DNA of 64,000 bases from a virus. Positions within the stretch are counted from its first letter, which is position 1; every line of letters starts with the position of its first letter. Positions 48,489-57,861 of the stretch are shown here, piece by piece. Under the pieces are notes generated by a model. The model was not told the origin of the DNA, made no database searches, and worked only from the letters and a program-made list of their open reading frames with translations. The DNA lies in IMG/VR virus record IMGVR_UViG_3300045440_000165, positions 11,735 to 75,734 of that record; one strand, written 5' to 3'. The position numbers were made by a program, and so were the translations under genes.

Positions 48489-49022
48489 TTATGGAAAAAT
48501 ATAGTTTTGTGAAATGTGCTTCCAGTTTTGACGGCGTTTAATACTAGATACCCTACCATGATTATATCCCATATCTCTGATACTAGCAGCAGAATATCCA
48601 GCAGCTAGTAGCTCACAAATTTCTATAACTGTTTTTTCAGAAGTAAAGGCTCTCGCATTATTTTCTCCTGTTGCAGAACGTCTCTTTGTATCGTAAGAAT
48701 ATTTAATATTATCTCCGTGCGATAACCATTCTAGGTTACTGACATGGTTATTATTCCTAACACAATCTTTGTGGTTAACGTCAGACAAGTTATCGGGGTT
48801 AGGAATCCAAGCTAGCGCTACTAATCTGTGCACAGATACAGAAGTCTTTTTACCATCGCGCACTAGAGATACAATTACATACCCTTTTTCAGTTGTATGT
48901 TGTAATACTTTCTCCCCATTTAATTTAGCCACTATGCCGCATTGCGATACTAGCAAACCAAATATAGGTTTAAAAACAACACCGTTAAACACTTTCTCTT
49001 CATTTAGTGACACTCTGCCCAA
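48489..49022 (-). CDS. free-standing HNH homing endonuclease
   Basis: VHRLVALAWIPNP..VNHKD..NN.VSNLEW, GENN; overlaps polA end. Confidence 0.9.
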   Translation of the reverse strand: MGRVSLNEEKVFNGVVFKPIFGLLVSQCGIVAKLNGEKVLQHTTEKGYVIVSLVRDGKKTSVSVHRLVALAWIPNPDNLSDVNHKDCVRNNNHVSNLEWLSHGDNIKYSYDTKRRSATGENNARAFTSEKTVIEICELLAAGYSAASIRDMGYNHGRVSSIKRRQNWKHISQNYIFP

Positions 49023-51595
49023 TTCCTTCCTATTATATACCCTGCGGTAAGTTTTACATTTAAATTATAATACTCTCCAGCTTTATTGGCGGACAAGGAT
49101 GCTATCTCCCCAACTCTACTATAAGCTACATAATAACCCTTATTGCTGTGCCCTATATCACTCCATATCTTATCTGTTTGTGCATTTTTAAACGTTTTGG
49201 CCATATCTTCCGCTGCTTTCACGTCTTCTTGATTATTCCAGTCCAACACAGGAAATATTTTAAATTTTACAAACGCTTTAGAAACTTCATCCTGAAATTC
49301 ATCGTGCGACATTATCAACTGTTGCGAGAATTTTCTTTCTAGTCTGTCTTCTGTCCAAAAGTCAATAGTAAATCCCTCATCTCTTAGCATTCTATCTTTT
49401 ATAACCATAGCCCGCTTTGCCGAGATATTACCAGCAGATTGAAACAAGCTGTTAATAAGAGCACTAGCAGACCTAGTAGGAATTTTTCTACCATCAATCC
49501 CTATAATAAACTTCTTACCTCCTGAAGTCTCCCAAAAATGAGTAATCTCCTCCATCAACAACGCCAAAGGTTTTGCAGCCTCCCAAAAAGCATTAAACAC
49601 CTTTTCACCCATAGCTTCAGAGCATCCGATAGTTTTAGCAATACGTTTAGGTCTAGCTCCATAGCTCGCAGCGTATTTCACGTTTTTAGCTGGTGTTCTG
49701 GCAAAAGGTTCCCCAATAACTTCAGAGATTTTTTTAGCTGTAAGCGTATGAATGTCGTTAGGCTTTTCTCCAAGCAGCGATTTACAATATGGCTGACCGT
49801 CTTCATCAAATTTGTGACAGTAGTGTCCTTCAATCCTAGCCTCCAGTCCGTCAAAGTCCGCACCGATCTGTAAAAATCCCTCTTTAGCATTAACGCCGAA
49901 CAAGCTACGCATCTCTTTACCATATAGTGACGAAACGCGTGGCACGTTAACAACAATCCTGTGTTTCATCCTAGTCGTAGCAGCCCCACAAGTATCCGCA
50001 GGAGTGGGAATTCTATGATCCTCTGCAATCCTATCATTACTCAGCCATCCCTTACTAGCCTCTTCATCTTCATCATCCAAATCCTCAGGATCAAAGCCAC
50101 CACCTAAGATACTATTCCTTCTGTGACTATATGTAAGATAATCCGATACATCCTTAGCATGTGCAAACTTATCTGACATTTCTAATAAAGCTGGATCAAT
50201 CTCTTTCTCCATGCCCACTGTCAGCGTAGGGTTGGTATAAACTTTCATTGGTCGTTTAGTGTGATCATGCCCTAGTAGTTTCTTGCGTAGAGATTTCTCA
50301 TCCACTACTTCCAAATACTCTAGCCTATCCTTCTTAAATGGACTAGCTATAGTTTGTGCAATATATCTCTCACATGTCTCAACATACTTATCAAACTCCA
50401 GCTTCTTCTTGCGAGAGTCTACAGTAAGATCCCTCTCTTTGTAAGCTGTAGGATTCCATCCGATAGATACAAGCCATCCTTTGATATGGGTGGTGTCTCT
50501 GATAGTAGCTGGAACATGCGTTACTATAGGCTCTTGTGGGATTGGTAGCTTATATTCTTTATCAAATAACTTGGCATAGTAATCTCCCTCTTCAGTCTTA
50601 GTAATACTCCCACCATGCTTCTCCACCCATTTCTCAATATTACTACTAAGCTCACCATTCTTCTTAAATTGCACCTTAGAAGGGATATAATCCTTAGCTG
50701 CTGTCTTGCCTATTGGTTTAGGAGGAATCAATGGCTCTACAATAGCTTTTAACACAGCCATCTTCTCATCCAAGTCCTTCACACATTCAATAGCCAAATC
50801 AGTATCAAAATAAAACCCTCTATGCTCTTGGCGAGTGATAATCTCAGCTACAGCTTTCTCTAGCTGGTATGGTTCATCCCAAGGCCAATCTCCCCATTCC
50901 TTCAGGAGAAATTGCCATGTCTTATAGTTTGACATTACATCCTGAGCATTATAGACAAGCATCTCAGGGTGATATATTTCAAACTCTGCACCTTTAGGAG
51001 CATTCTTATCAATAATCCCTAGCTCGATAGCCTTAGCTCTCCAATCAATCTTCTCGGAGCCATGCATCTTGCCGAAATATTCCAAGCTGTGCATTAAGCG
51101 ATCAGGGTTGAGAGTTTTAGATAATACTAGAGTATCTGTAATTGTGATAGGCTTATAAGTGCCAGTAGCAACATCCCCAATGCTATCCTTATTACGAGAA
51201 TAATACTTGGTTTTAGTTCCATCGTACACTCCAATCTTATAATCCAACCCTGCAGCAGCTTTTAACACTAGCAAATCATAATTGATAATGTTATGGCCGA
51301 TAAGCTCCGTAGCGTTACCAAGAATAAAATTCTTAACTGAATAGTAGAAATCTTGTAACGAGTGTAAAACTTTTGTAATTACTTCCAAGCAACCTTGCAC
51401 TATCGCTTTAGCTGGTGTTTTTTGTTGCTCATTGTTTGCATCGTAAACAAACCTGTACATTAGCTTTGTATCAATGTCAAAAAACACAGCACAATGTACT
51501 TTAAAATGGTCTTTAAGGCGATAAGGTGAAGAATTATAGTCAACAGTTGTAGAATTTAATAATCCATTAGCTTCTATATCAAATACTAAACGCAT
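49004..51595 (-). CDS. polA: DNA polymerase family A with 3'-5' exonuclease
   Basis: FDIE, GHNIINYD, DFDGLEAR (motif A), RTPAKNVKYAASYG (motif B), HDE (motif C). Confidence 0.96.
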   Translation of the reverse strand: MRLVFDIEANGLLNSTTVDYNSSPYRLKDHFKVHCAVFFDIDTKLMYRFVYDANNEQQKTPAKAIVQGCLEVITKVLHSLQDFYYSVKNFILGNATELIGHNIINYDLLVLKAAAGLDYKIGVYDGTKTKYYSRNKDSIGDVATGTYKPITITDTLVLSKTLNPDRLMHSLEYFGKMHGSEKIDWRAKAIELGIIDKNAPKGAEFEIYHPEMLVYNAQDVMSNYKTWQFLLKEWGDWPWDEPYQLEKAVAEIITRQEHRGFYFDTDLAIECVKDLDEKMAVLKAIVEPLIPPKPIGKTAAKDYIPSKVQFKKNGELSSNIEKWVEKHGGSITKTEEGDYYAKLFDKEYKLPIPQEPIVTHVPATIRDTTHIKGWLVSIGWNPTAYKERDLTVDSRKKKLEFDKYVETCERYIAQTIASPFKKDRLEYLEVVDEKSLRKKLLGHDHTKRPMKVYTNPTLTVGMEKEIDPALLEMSDKFAHAKDVSDYLTYSHRRNSILGGGFDPEDLDDEDEEASKGWLSNDRIAEDHRIPTPADTCGAATTRMKHRIVVNVPRVSSLYGKEMRSLFGVNAKEGFLQIGADFDGLEARIEGHYCHKFDEDGQPYCKSLLGEKPNDIHTLTAKKISEVIGEPFARTPAKNVKYAASYGARPKRIAKTIGCSEAMGEKVFNAFWEAAKPLALLMEEITHFWETSGGKKFIIGIDGRKIPTRSASALINSLFQSAGNISAKRAMVIKDRMLRDEGFTIDFWTEDRLERKFSQQLIMSHDEFQDEVSKAFVKFKIFPVLDWNNQEDVKAAEDMAKTFKNAQTDKIWSDIGHSNKGYYVAYSRVGEIASLSANKAGEYYNLNVKLTAGYIIGRNWAECH

Positions 51596-51671
51596 AATTC
51601 TTCTTCCTTAGTTGTTAATTGCAATACTGAAAACTACTTTATATTTGCTTCAAGCTATTTGCTAGACAAGC

Positions 51672-51938
51672 CTATGTGCTAGCCATAAACCCTTCAAAAT
51701 CCCCCACAAGATCCATGCCAATAGCTAGAGCTGCTAGCCTATCAAAATTTAATACTTGGCATATTTTAACAGAATCTCTAGTTAAAAACATCTCTGTAGC
51801 ATCTCCATTGAATCCTACAGCAAAACCATACTTATGCAAAGTGTTATTTACCCACGCTATTGCAGCTTCTGTATCATCCACTTTTAATACAGACTGTTCA
51901 TAGCTTATAGTTGAATGCTTCATCCCTAGTTGTTCCAT
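51672..51938 (-). CDS. hypothetical protein
   Basis: ORF with RBS AAGGG. Confidence 0.6.
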   Translation of the reverse strand: MEQLGMKHSTISYEQSVLKVDDTEAAIAWVNNTLHKYGFAVGFNGDATEMFLTRDSVKICQVLNFDRLAALAIGMDLVGDFEGFMAST

Positions 51939-51982
51939 ATTAACCCTTAAGTGAAAAATTATTTTCCGAGTGAAAATTATTA

Positions 51983-52249
51983 TTAATTTCTATGTAAAAA
52001 ATTATGATGTAGCCAAGTGCTAAATAGCGATCCTAGCCCACCACCAAGCCCAATAGGTAGTACAATCCATCCCCATCCATTGTGAGCTGTAGTAGATATA
52101 ACATACACTTCACAAATAGCCATTAGCATTGATGTTGGCAATATGAGATAGTAGTGCTTAAATACTACGTGTAGCTGCTGTGCGCTTTTCAACGCAATAA
52201 AGATAAAAGAGGATATAAAAGCTAGACCATAGAGCACGTAGCTTTCCAT
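51983..52249 (-). CDS. membrane protein
   Basis: Three hydrophobic helices, GLGGGLG. Confidence 0.7.
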   Translation of the reverse strand: MESYVLYGLAFISSFIFIALKSAQQLHVVFKHYYLILPTSMLMAICEVYVISTTAHNGWGWIVLPIGLGGGLGSLFSTWLHHNFLHRN

Positions 52250-52250
52250 A

Positions 52251-52484
52251 TCATTCTCCCCTAGCAGCTTTTATTAAAGCTTCACCTAGAGCCTTAGCAA
52301 ATTCGTTTTCAAAACATAAATCTACTTCCCCCCAAAATTCCTGATTATCACCTATGGCGCGTAACCTTGTATACCCACACTCGGTGATAACATGGAGTGT
52401 TTCTCCTATAAGACTATTAGATACCTCTCGAATAACAGTTGTACTCACTTTAGAATTACTCATGCCCACTCCTTTCAATATCAT
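52251..52484 (-). CDS. hypothetical protein (paralog of 52456-52692)
   Basis: REV...G.VD...FAKALGEALI.AA. Confidence 0.65.
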   Translation of the reverse strand: MILKGVGMSNSKVSTTVIREVSNSLIGETLHVITECGYTRLRAIGDNQEFWGEVDLCFENEFAKALGEALIKAARGE

Positions 52485-52692
52485 CTGCTGCAGCTATCAA
52501 AGCTTCCCCGATAGCCCTTGCAAATTTATAATTAAGCGTAATATCTAAATCCCCAAACATAGCTTTATTAACTGGCCCCTCTGTATATAAATGCACCACC
52601 TTAGAGGATTTCACTTTCACACTCAACCCCTCGTCGCGGTCATGCACTTCTCTGCATACTTGTGTATAAACTGCGTGAGGTTTATTAATCAT
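52456..52692 (-). CDS. hypothetical protein (paralog of 52251-52484)
   Basis: REV...GDLD...FARAIGEALI.AA. Confidence 0.65.
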   Translation of the reverse strand: MINKPHAVYTQVCREVHDRDEGLSVKVKSSKVVHLYTEGPVNKAMFGDLDITLNYKFARAIGEALIAAADDIERSGHE

Positions 52693-53557
52693 AGCTATCT
52701 TTCATGTAATGAATGTGTGAACCAAATTCATTGACGTGATGTTTCAGGGAAAAATCATTTTTGCTTAGAAAATAATGCTTAGGATTTTTATCCTTGTGCA
52801 ACTCTTGTAAACTCTTCACCAATGGTACAAGCTCTTTAATAGCTTCCAATTGTCCATCACTACGTAGCCTATCATCAATCAATGTTCCTGCAGCTTTAGC
52901 AGAGAGAATAATATCAATATTAGCAATAATAGCTCCCCAATGTGGGACACCATCAACGCTATCAACATCTTCTCCGAGTTGAATCTTAGCGAAATGTCGA
53001 GCTATAGCATCCATGTAAGTGGACATAATTACCTTAGTACCGATGTAATTACTACCTCCGTATTTTAATTTGCCATTAAGCTTACCCAAACACCCTGTAG
53101 CAATAGTGAGAGGAGATAGTAATGTCATTGGTAGTGCTACATTGCCGATAGCTAACTTCGGGTTTTCTTCGCTGTTCTCTTCAGAGTTTTCTTCGAAGGT
53201 TTCTTCCATGTTTTCTTCGCTATTTTCTTCTTTATTGCAGCTAACCTTAATATTCATTTTAGCACCATCTACAGGTTCTTCTGATAGCGTAAAAGAATCT
53301 ACATTGCACCAATAATCAAAGTCTAATATATCCGTTACATCCACCTCTACATACCCGTCTTGGTGAAATCCATCGTCTATATCCCTAAACATACCCATAA
53401 TGTCAGATTCAAATAGCAATACTTCGCTGTCCAGAAAGCAAGTCTTCCCTTTATACCATTCATTCTGCCAATCATATCCTAGCTTTTGCATTTCTTTCTG
53501 CACTAGCGCACATTCAAAGTAATTTCCTACTTTAATAGAAAATTTATCTGGCAGCAT
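52685..53557 (-). CDS. dATP/dGTP diphosphohydrolase domain protein (DUF5664-like) with extra N-terminal domain
   Basis: NPK..IG...P, G..KYG..N, Y.DA..RH, GED.D..DG.PH. Confidence 0.75.
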   Translation of the reverse strand: MLPDKFSIKVGNYFECALVQKEMQKLGYDWQNEWYKGKTCFLDSEVLLFESDIMGMFRDIDDGFHQDGYVEVDVTDILDFDYWCNVDSFTLSEEPVDGAKMNIKVSCNKEENSEENMEETFEENSEENSEENPKLAIGNVALPMTLLSPLTIATGCLGKLNGKLKYGGSNYIGTKVIMSTYMDAIARHFAKIQLGEDVDSVDGVPHWGAIIANIDIILSAKAAGTLIDDRLRSDGQLEAIKELVPLVKSLQELHKDKNPKHYFLSKNDFSLKHHVNEFGSHIHYMKDSYD

Positions 53558-53559
53558 AT

Positions 53560-53865
53560 TTATTCCTTTTCATCAGAATCTGAGACAATACAGCTAGCCC
53601 AACGGTCAGCATATTTTAAATACTCATTGTAAATATTGTTTTCTTTAATTTGATAGTTAAGATCCTTCTTAAGAGCTTTTTGTAACACTACTAGCCGAGC
53701 TATTTCCTTAGAAGAGCGCTGAATACCTTTTACATATAATCTTTCTTCCGCTGGAAAAGCATTATAGTTTTTAAGGAAGTCTTTTAGGCATTCTATATTA
53801 CAATGCAGCCGAGTAATAGCCCTCCTATTAAAAGCTAATTGAGATTGGATTTGTGAAATGTTCAT
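53560..53865 (-). CDS. hypothetical protein
   Basis: Coiled-coil ORF in operon. Confidence 0.6.
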   Translation of the reverse strand: MNISQIQSQLAFNRRAITRLHCNIECLKDFLKNYNAFPAEERLYVKGIQRSSKEIARLVVLQKALKKDLNYQIKENNIYNEYLKYADRWASCIVSDSDEKE

Positions 53866-54788
53866 AACTCTCTCTTATTTAAAGTAACAACACCAGATCT
53901 TACACCATCTTCAAACTTTTGCACATAATTTTCGTTATAAAATTCTTGCACTTTGTGATAATTCTCCCAAGCATACTCTCTAAACCATCCTGAAGTAATG
54001 CTAGTACAAACTTTCATAAGGGCCATATCGAAAGCTTCCTTCGGTGTTTTCCCTGACGGAAATGGGATAAGACTACGTTCCAATGCTAGCACATAAGCTT
54101 CTTCCAATACAGCACAAAGTTTCATTTCCTCTGGAAGATTATAGAACATATCCTTGCTACAAAGTACATCCTCATCACTCTTCTTGAAATAATTGTATGC
54201 TGGCTGTGGATAATGTTTTACAGCTTCATGGATAGAGTCATGATCATACTTTTGAAATACCCCTGTAGCTTCATTATCGAAGAAAGCACTCTTATCTACA
54301 TTAAGCTTTGGATGTGCATACACATATGTATCTCTCATCCTCTCTTCATAGAATGCTTGATGCTCTGGACGGATCTTAGCACCATGTTTGCGCATAGTAT
54401 GAATATCTTTCATAGTCTTTAAGAAATGAGGACTATCCTTAAGATACCTATGGCTCATTTTTAACAGATAGAGAACATCTAACTCTGGAATGCCAATAGA
54501 AGGTTGTTCCATACCCCAAGCTAGTCTCGGCTGTGTTTCCATAAACTCTAAAAACTTAGCAGCCCTAGAGTTTTCCCATGCAATCTCTATTTCCTCGATA
54601 ACCCCAGTATTAAATTTTATAGCGTAAGACTTACCAGAATTAATAGGGTAGTAAGCTTTAATATAAGCTTTTTGCTTTTTTATATATGCACAACATTCGT
54701 CATAAGTTCCTACCAAATCCGTGTCAATAGTTTCCCTTAAATCTGCAGGCATACAAAAAGATGCAGCTACACTCCCTATTAATATCAT
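53862..54788 (-). CDS. putative nucleotidyltransferase-fold protein
   Basis: IGS.A...DTD N-terminus; LKMSH, HDSIH, EE.YV.ALER, TSGWFR. Confidence 0.65.
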   Translation of the reverse strand: MILIGSVAASFCMPADLRETIDTDLVGTYDECCAYIKKQKAYIKAYYPINSGKSYAIKFNTGVIEEIEIAWENSRAAKFLEFMETQPRLAWGMEQPSIGIPELDVLYLLKMSHRYLKDSPHFLKTMKDIHTMRKHGAKIRPEHQAFYEERMRDTYVYAHPKLNVDKSAFFDNEATGVFQKYDHDSIHEAVKHYPQPAYNYFKKSDEDVLCSKDMFYNLPEEMKLCAVLEEAYVLALERSLIPFPSGKTPKEAFDMALMKVCTSITSGWFREYAWENYHKVQEFYNENYVQKFEDGVRSGVVTLNKREL

Positions 54789-54808
54789 ATCATCCCTTTA
54801 AAAATTAT

Positions 54809-55228
54809 TTAACAATTGCTAGTATTCCAATTCTTAGATTCATTCTCCATACTTTCAGCTAAACGGCGTAGGGATTTTACATCTGAAGATGATTGCCAAC
54901 CTATCAATTCTTGGATTACTTTATTTTCACTATTTTCTAGTAGCTCAGAAATCACATCATCATCATTCCAATTGTCGTAATAAGGAAGATAGTATTGCAC
55001 TCCAGATACACTACTCACTGTGGCTGCCGCATCTAAAAGAGCAAGAGCTTTACTTGCCATGTTTTCTATAGGTGCTGCGTCTTTTAGCAACACCATAGCT
55101 TTAACCAGTGTTTGTACTTCTGCAATGTTATCAGCGATTAGTTTAGTAGCTCCCTCGCGGATAGCTCGTTTATCTTCTGCCAGTTTATTAACACTAACAC
55201 CATTGATTACAATATCTTGATCTAACAT
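54809..55228 (-). CDS. hypothetical protein (WxxSxC-tail family)
   Basis: Ends WNTSNC; RBS AAGGA. Confidence 0.7.
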   Translation of the reverse strand: MLDQDIVINGVSVNKLAEDKRAIREGATKLIADNIAEVQTLVKAMVLLKDAAPIENMASKALALLDAAATVSSVSGVQYYLPYYDNWNDDDVISELLENSENKVIQELIGWQSSSDVKSLRRLAESMENESKNWNTSNC

Positions 55229-55251
55229 TTTATATCCTTTTTAAAATATGA

Positions 55252-55449
55252 TTAACAATTTTGAGAGGAAGATACCCACTCTTGTAGCTTGCCTTTATAA
55301 TATCCCCCCATGCCATACTCAGGGCCATCCCAACTAAAATCAACTTCTGCTTCTTTTGCAACAATAGCACACTCTGCTAGTAATTCATCCACTTGTGCTA
55401 TTTTTCCTGCGATAATTGCCAATGCTACTTGCTTGTTAGTATTAGTCAT
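55252..55449 (-). CDS. hypothetical protein (WxSSSxxC-tail family)
   Basis: YGMGGYY...WVSSSQNC; RBS AAGGAG. Confidence 0.7.
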   Translation of the reverse strand: MTNTNKQVALAIIAGKIAQVDELLAECAIVAKEAEVDFSWDGPEYGMGGYYKGKLQEWVSSSQNC

Positions 55450-55465
55450 TTTATTCTCCTTAAGA

Positions 55466-55657
55466 TTACACTCTGGTTATTACACTAAAACTTTCAGTAG
55501 GTGAATCATAGTTTACAACCACATTAGGCAGCAATTGTAAAACAAAATTAATATTTTGTGAGTCAGCCAACTTCATGCAACTACTAAGATGATGCCTAAT
55601 TTCCTGTGCGTGATGCTCGATTAAATATTCTGACGATTCTAAACTTAACTCTTGCAT
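55466..55657 (-). CDS. hypothetical protein
   Basis: ORF in operon. Confidence 0.55.
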   Translation of the reverse strand: MQELSLESSEYLIEHHAQEIRHHLSSCMKLADSQNINFVLQLLPNVVVNYDSPTESFSVITRV

Positions 55658-55666
55658 ATAAATCTT

Positions 55667-57403
55667 TCAATTAATAGTATTAGACCCCTTAGAAAGCCAA
55701 GTATCCAAGTCATGCAAAGTATGAGTATTACTGTCATAATACAAATCCCCTGCTGGCCCTGTCTCTCCTGCTCCTCGGTTTTTAGGTAACATCATATGCG
55801 TAGTGTTTCTTTCGATAAGATCTTCAGAAACCTTATTACGAGCTAACATTAGAATCCAAGCTGCAGATTTTGTCAAGGTAGATGTACCATGTAAGCTACT
55901 TTCATTCCCCATAGCTCCTTGACTACCATCCTTTTCACCACTACCCACTTTACGTTGATGCGAGATATTAATTATAGCTACATTATAGCGATTTACAATA
56001 CTCTTCTGCCACTTCATAAGCACAGCTTGTTCATCTGTGGAAAGCCCATCAAACATATCGCTAATAGTGTCAATAACAATAACCTTGCAATCACAAGCAA
56101 TTATAAGCTTTTCTATTGCAGATTTCAAGCTTTCTACATCTCCATCTCGATCATCTACAATCATCCACCTGTCGCTGCCATTCTCATCCAGAAATAATTC
56201 TTTCTGAGCCTCTACAACAGCTTCAGATAATATCATCTCTAGCTTCTGTTCTGGTGCTAGCTTGCCAAGCTTTCTATGGATATGCCTAGATAGCATTAAC
56301 TCTCCATATTGCCCTTGATTCTGCTCCATGGACACTACACCAATCTTATGAGGGCTATTAAATATCCAATGATACACACACTCATTAACAATACTACTCT
56401 TACCCAACCCTGTACTAGCGCTAATAACTCCGATAGTACCTAAAGAAACTCCCCCTGCCATCATATCATTTAGCTTTGGCATAAAGCTAGGGAAGCTTAA
56501 CTTTTCAATCTGAGCTTCTTTAATAATAGCTTCATAGAGAGCACTAGACCCTACAACTCCTGTTGGTGCATACGGCTTGGCATTATAAAAACATTGAATA
56601 AAAGCTGTAGACTTACCTTCATCAAGCATCTTATTAATATCTTTAAGCGGGAGTGTCACTACAAACATCTTACCTTTAGGAATAACTTGAGATAGCTTAT
56701 CTACAGCTTGCTTTCCTGCTTCATCCATATCATAGCATACAATAACCTTCTCAAATGTATTAAACCACTCGTAATGCATTTGAATTTGCTTCCAACTCCC
56801 ACTCTCACCAATACCACTACTAACGCATGGAATAGGATCAAATGTACTATTACGGCTCTTACGATAGGCTTCTAGCATTTCATATGCAGCTAGACAATCA
56901 GCTTCTCCCGCAGTTAGTAATACATATTTACCACCACCATGTTTCCATTTCCATTGTCCGAATAGCTCAGAGGATTTGCCAATCTTACCTACGGAGTAGA
57001 AATCTTTAGGGATTTTCCTTACCTTGTATCCGCAAGCTTTATAGCCCTCGGTGTACGGATAGAAAGTCTCTACTACTTCTCCAGTTTCGTTATCATACAA
57101 GAAGCGTACTCGATATTCATTGTATGTACTATCAGAAATCCCTCTAGACTTCTTACCGCTAGCTCCTGTCTTCTCCTTAATATCTTGCAATTCTTCGGCT
57201 GTAATAATTTCTTTAGTCATAGTAATACTTTCATCATACTCATAGACATTTAAGCCCCTTTTATCTTTTTCAGCGTCGCTTAAGACAGTGTAACCACAAG
57301 AGTAACAATACCCACCATTCCCTTCTCCGTAGTTAGTAAAGTTATCTCCTGAGTTATCCCTTCCTTTCCTACGGCATGATGGGCATGGTTCTTTTGTTGT
57401 CAC
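55667..57403 (-). CDS. T7-like DNA primase-helicase
   Basis: Zn-finger CPSC..CYSC, TOPRIM GEAD and DMD, Walker A STGLGKS, KNR; GTG start after GAGGAGG. Confidence 0.95.
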   Translation of the reverse strand: MTTKEPCPSCRRKGRDNSGDNFTNYGEGNGGYCYSCGYTVLSDAEKDKRGLNVYEYDESITMTKEIITAEELQDIKEKTGASGKKSRGISDSTYNEYRVRFLYDNETGEVVETFYPYTEGYKACGYKVRKIPKDFYSVGKIGKSSELFGQWKWKHGGGKYVLLTAGEADCLAAYEMLEAYRKSRNSTFDPIPCVSSGIGESGSWKQIQMHYEWFNTFEKVIVCYDMDEAGKQAVDKLSQVIPKGKMFVVTLPLKDINKMLDEGKSTAFIQCFYNAKPYAPTGVVGSSALYEAIIKEAQIEKLSFPSFMPKLNDMMAGGVSLGTIGVISASTGLGKSSIVNECVYHWIFNSPHKIGVVSMEQNQGQYGELMLSRHIHRKLGKLAPEQKLEMILSEAVVEAQKELFLDENGSDRWMIVDDRDGDVESLKSAIEKLIIACDCKVIVIDTISDMFDGLSTDEQAVLMKWQKSIVNRYNVAIINISHQRKVGSGEKDGSQGAMGNESSLHGTSTLTKSAAWILMLARNKVSEDLIERNTTHMMLPKNRGAGETGPAGDLYYDSNTHTLHDLDTWLSKGSNTIN

Positions 57404-57404
57404 T

Positions 57405-57653
57405 TCAAAATTCCTCCTCCTTAACGCACCAGTACGAGTGACGCCCCCTAGCATCTATTCCACAACACTCATGCAACAAATACTTCTCGATGTTTACTAC
57501 ATCCTCTACCTTGTAAGAGTGATCGTAAGAGATGACAGATACTACATACTTGTCTACAGCCTCTTCAAACATACTATCGAACTCTGCCTCATCTACAGGG
57601 TCTAGCCACTCTTTAGAGCCATCTTTCAATGTTATTTCTATACCTATATCCAT
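57405..57653 (-). CDS. hypothetical protein
   Basis: ORF with RBS GAGG. Confidence 0.6.
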   Translation of the reverse strand: MDIGIEITLKDGSKEWLDPVDEAEFDSMFEEAVDKYVVSVISYDHSYKVEDVVNIEKYLLHECCGIDARGRHSYWCVKEEEF

Positions 57654-57669
57654 AGCAGCCTCTGTTCTG

Positions 57670-57861
57670 TTAGCATTCTAAGCTTTCATACACCCGATAC
57701 TCACGTGTAGTAATATGATTGGCTAATATCTCTTGTAGCTCCCCTAAATTCCCTTCAGCTTTATCACGCGTTGGGAATTTAGTGTGCGTTTTCCAACCCT
57801 CTGGGGTTAATAGTTGTACTTCCCATCCCACTCCGTTAACAGCTTTCTGTTCCGTTGTCAT
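57670..57861 (-). CDS. hypothetical protein
   Basis: RBS AAGGAG. Confidence 0.6.
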   Translation of the reverse strand: MTTEQKAVNGVGWEVQLLTPEGWKTHTKFPTRDKAEGNLGELQEILANHITTREYRVYESLEC

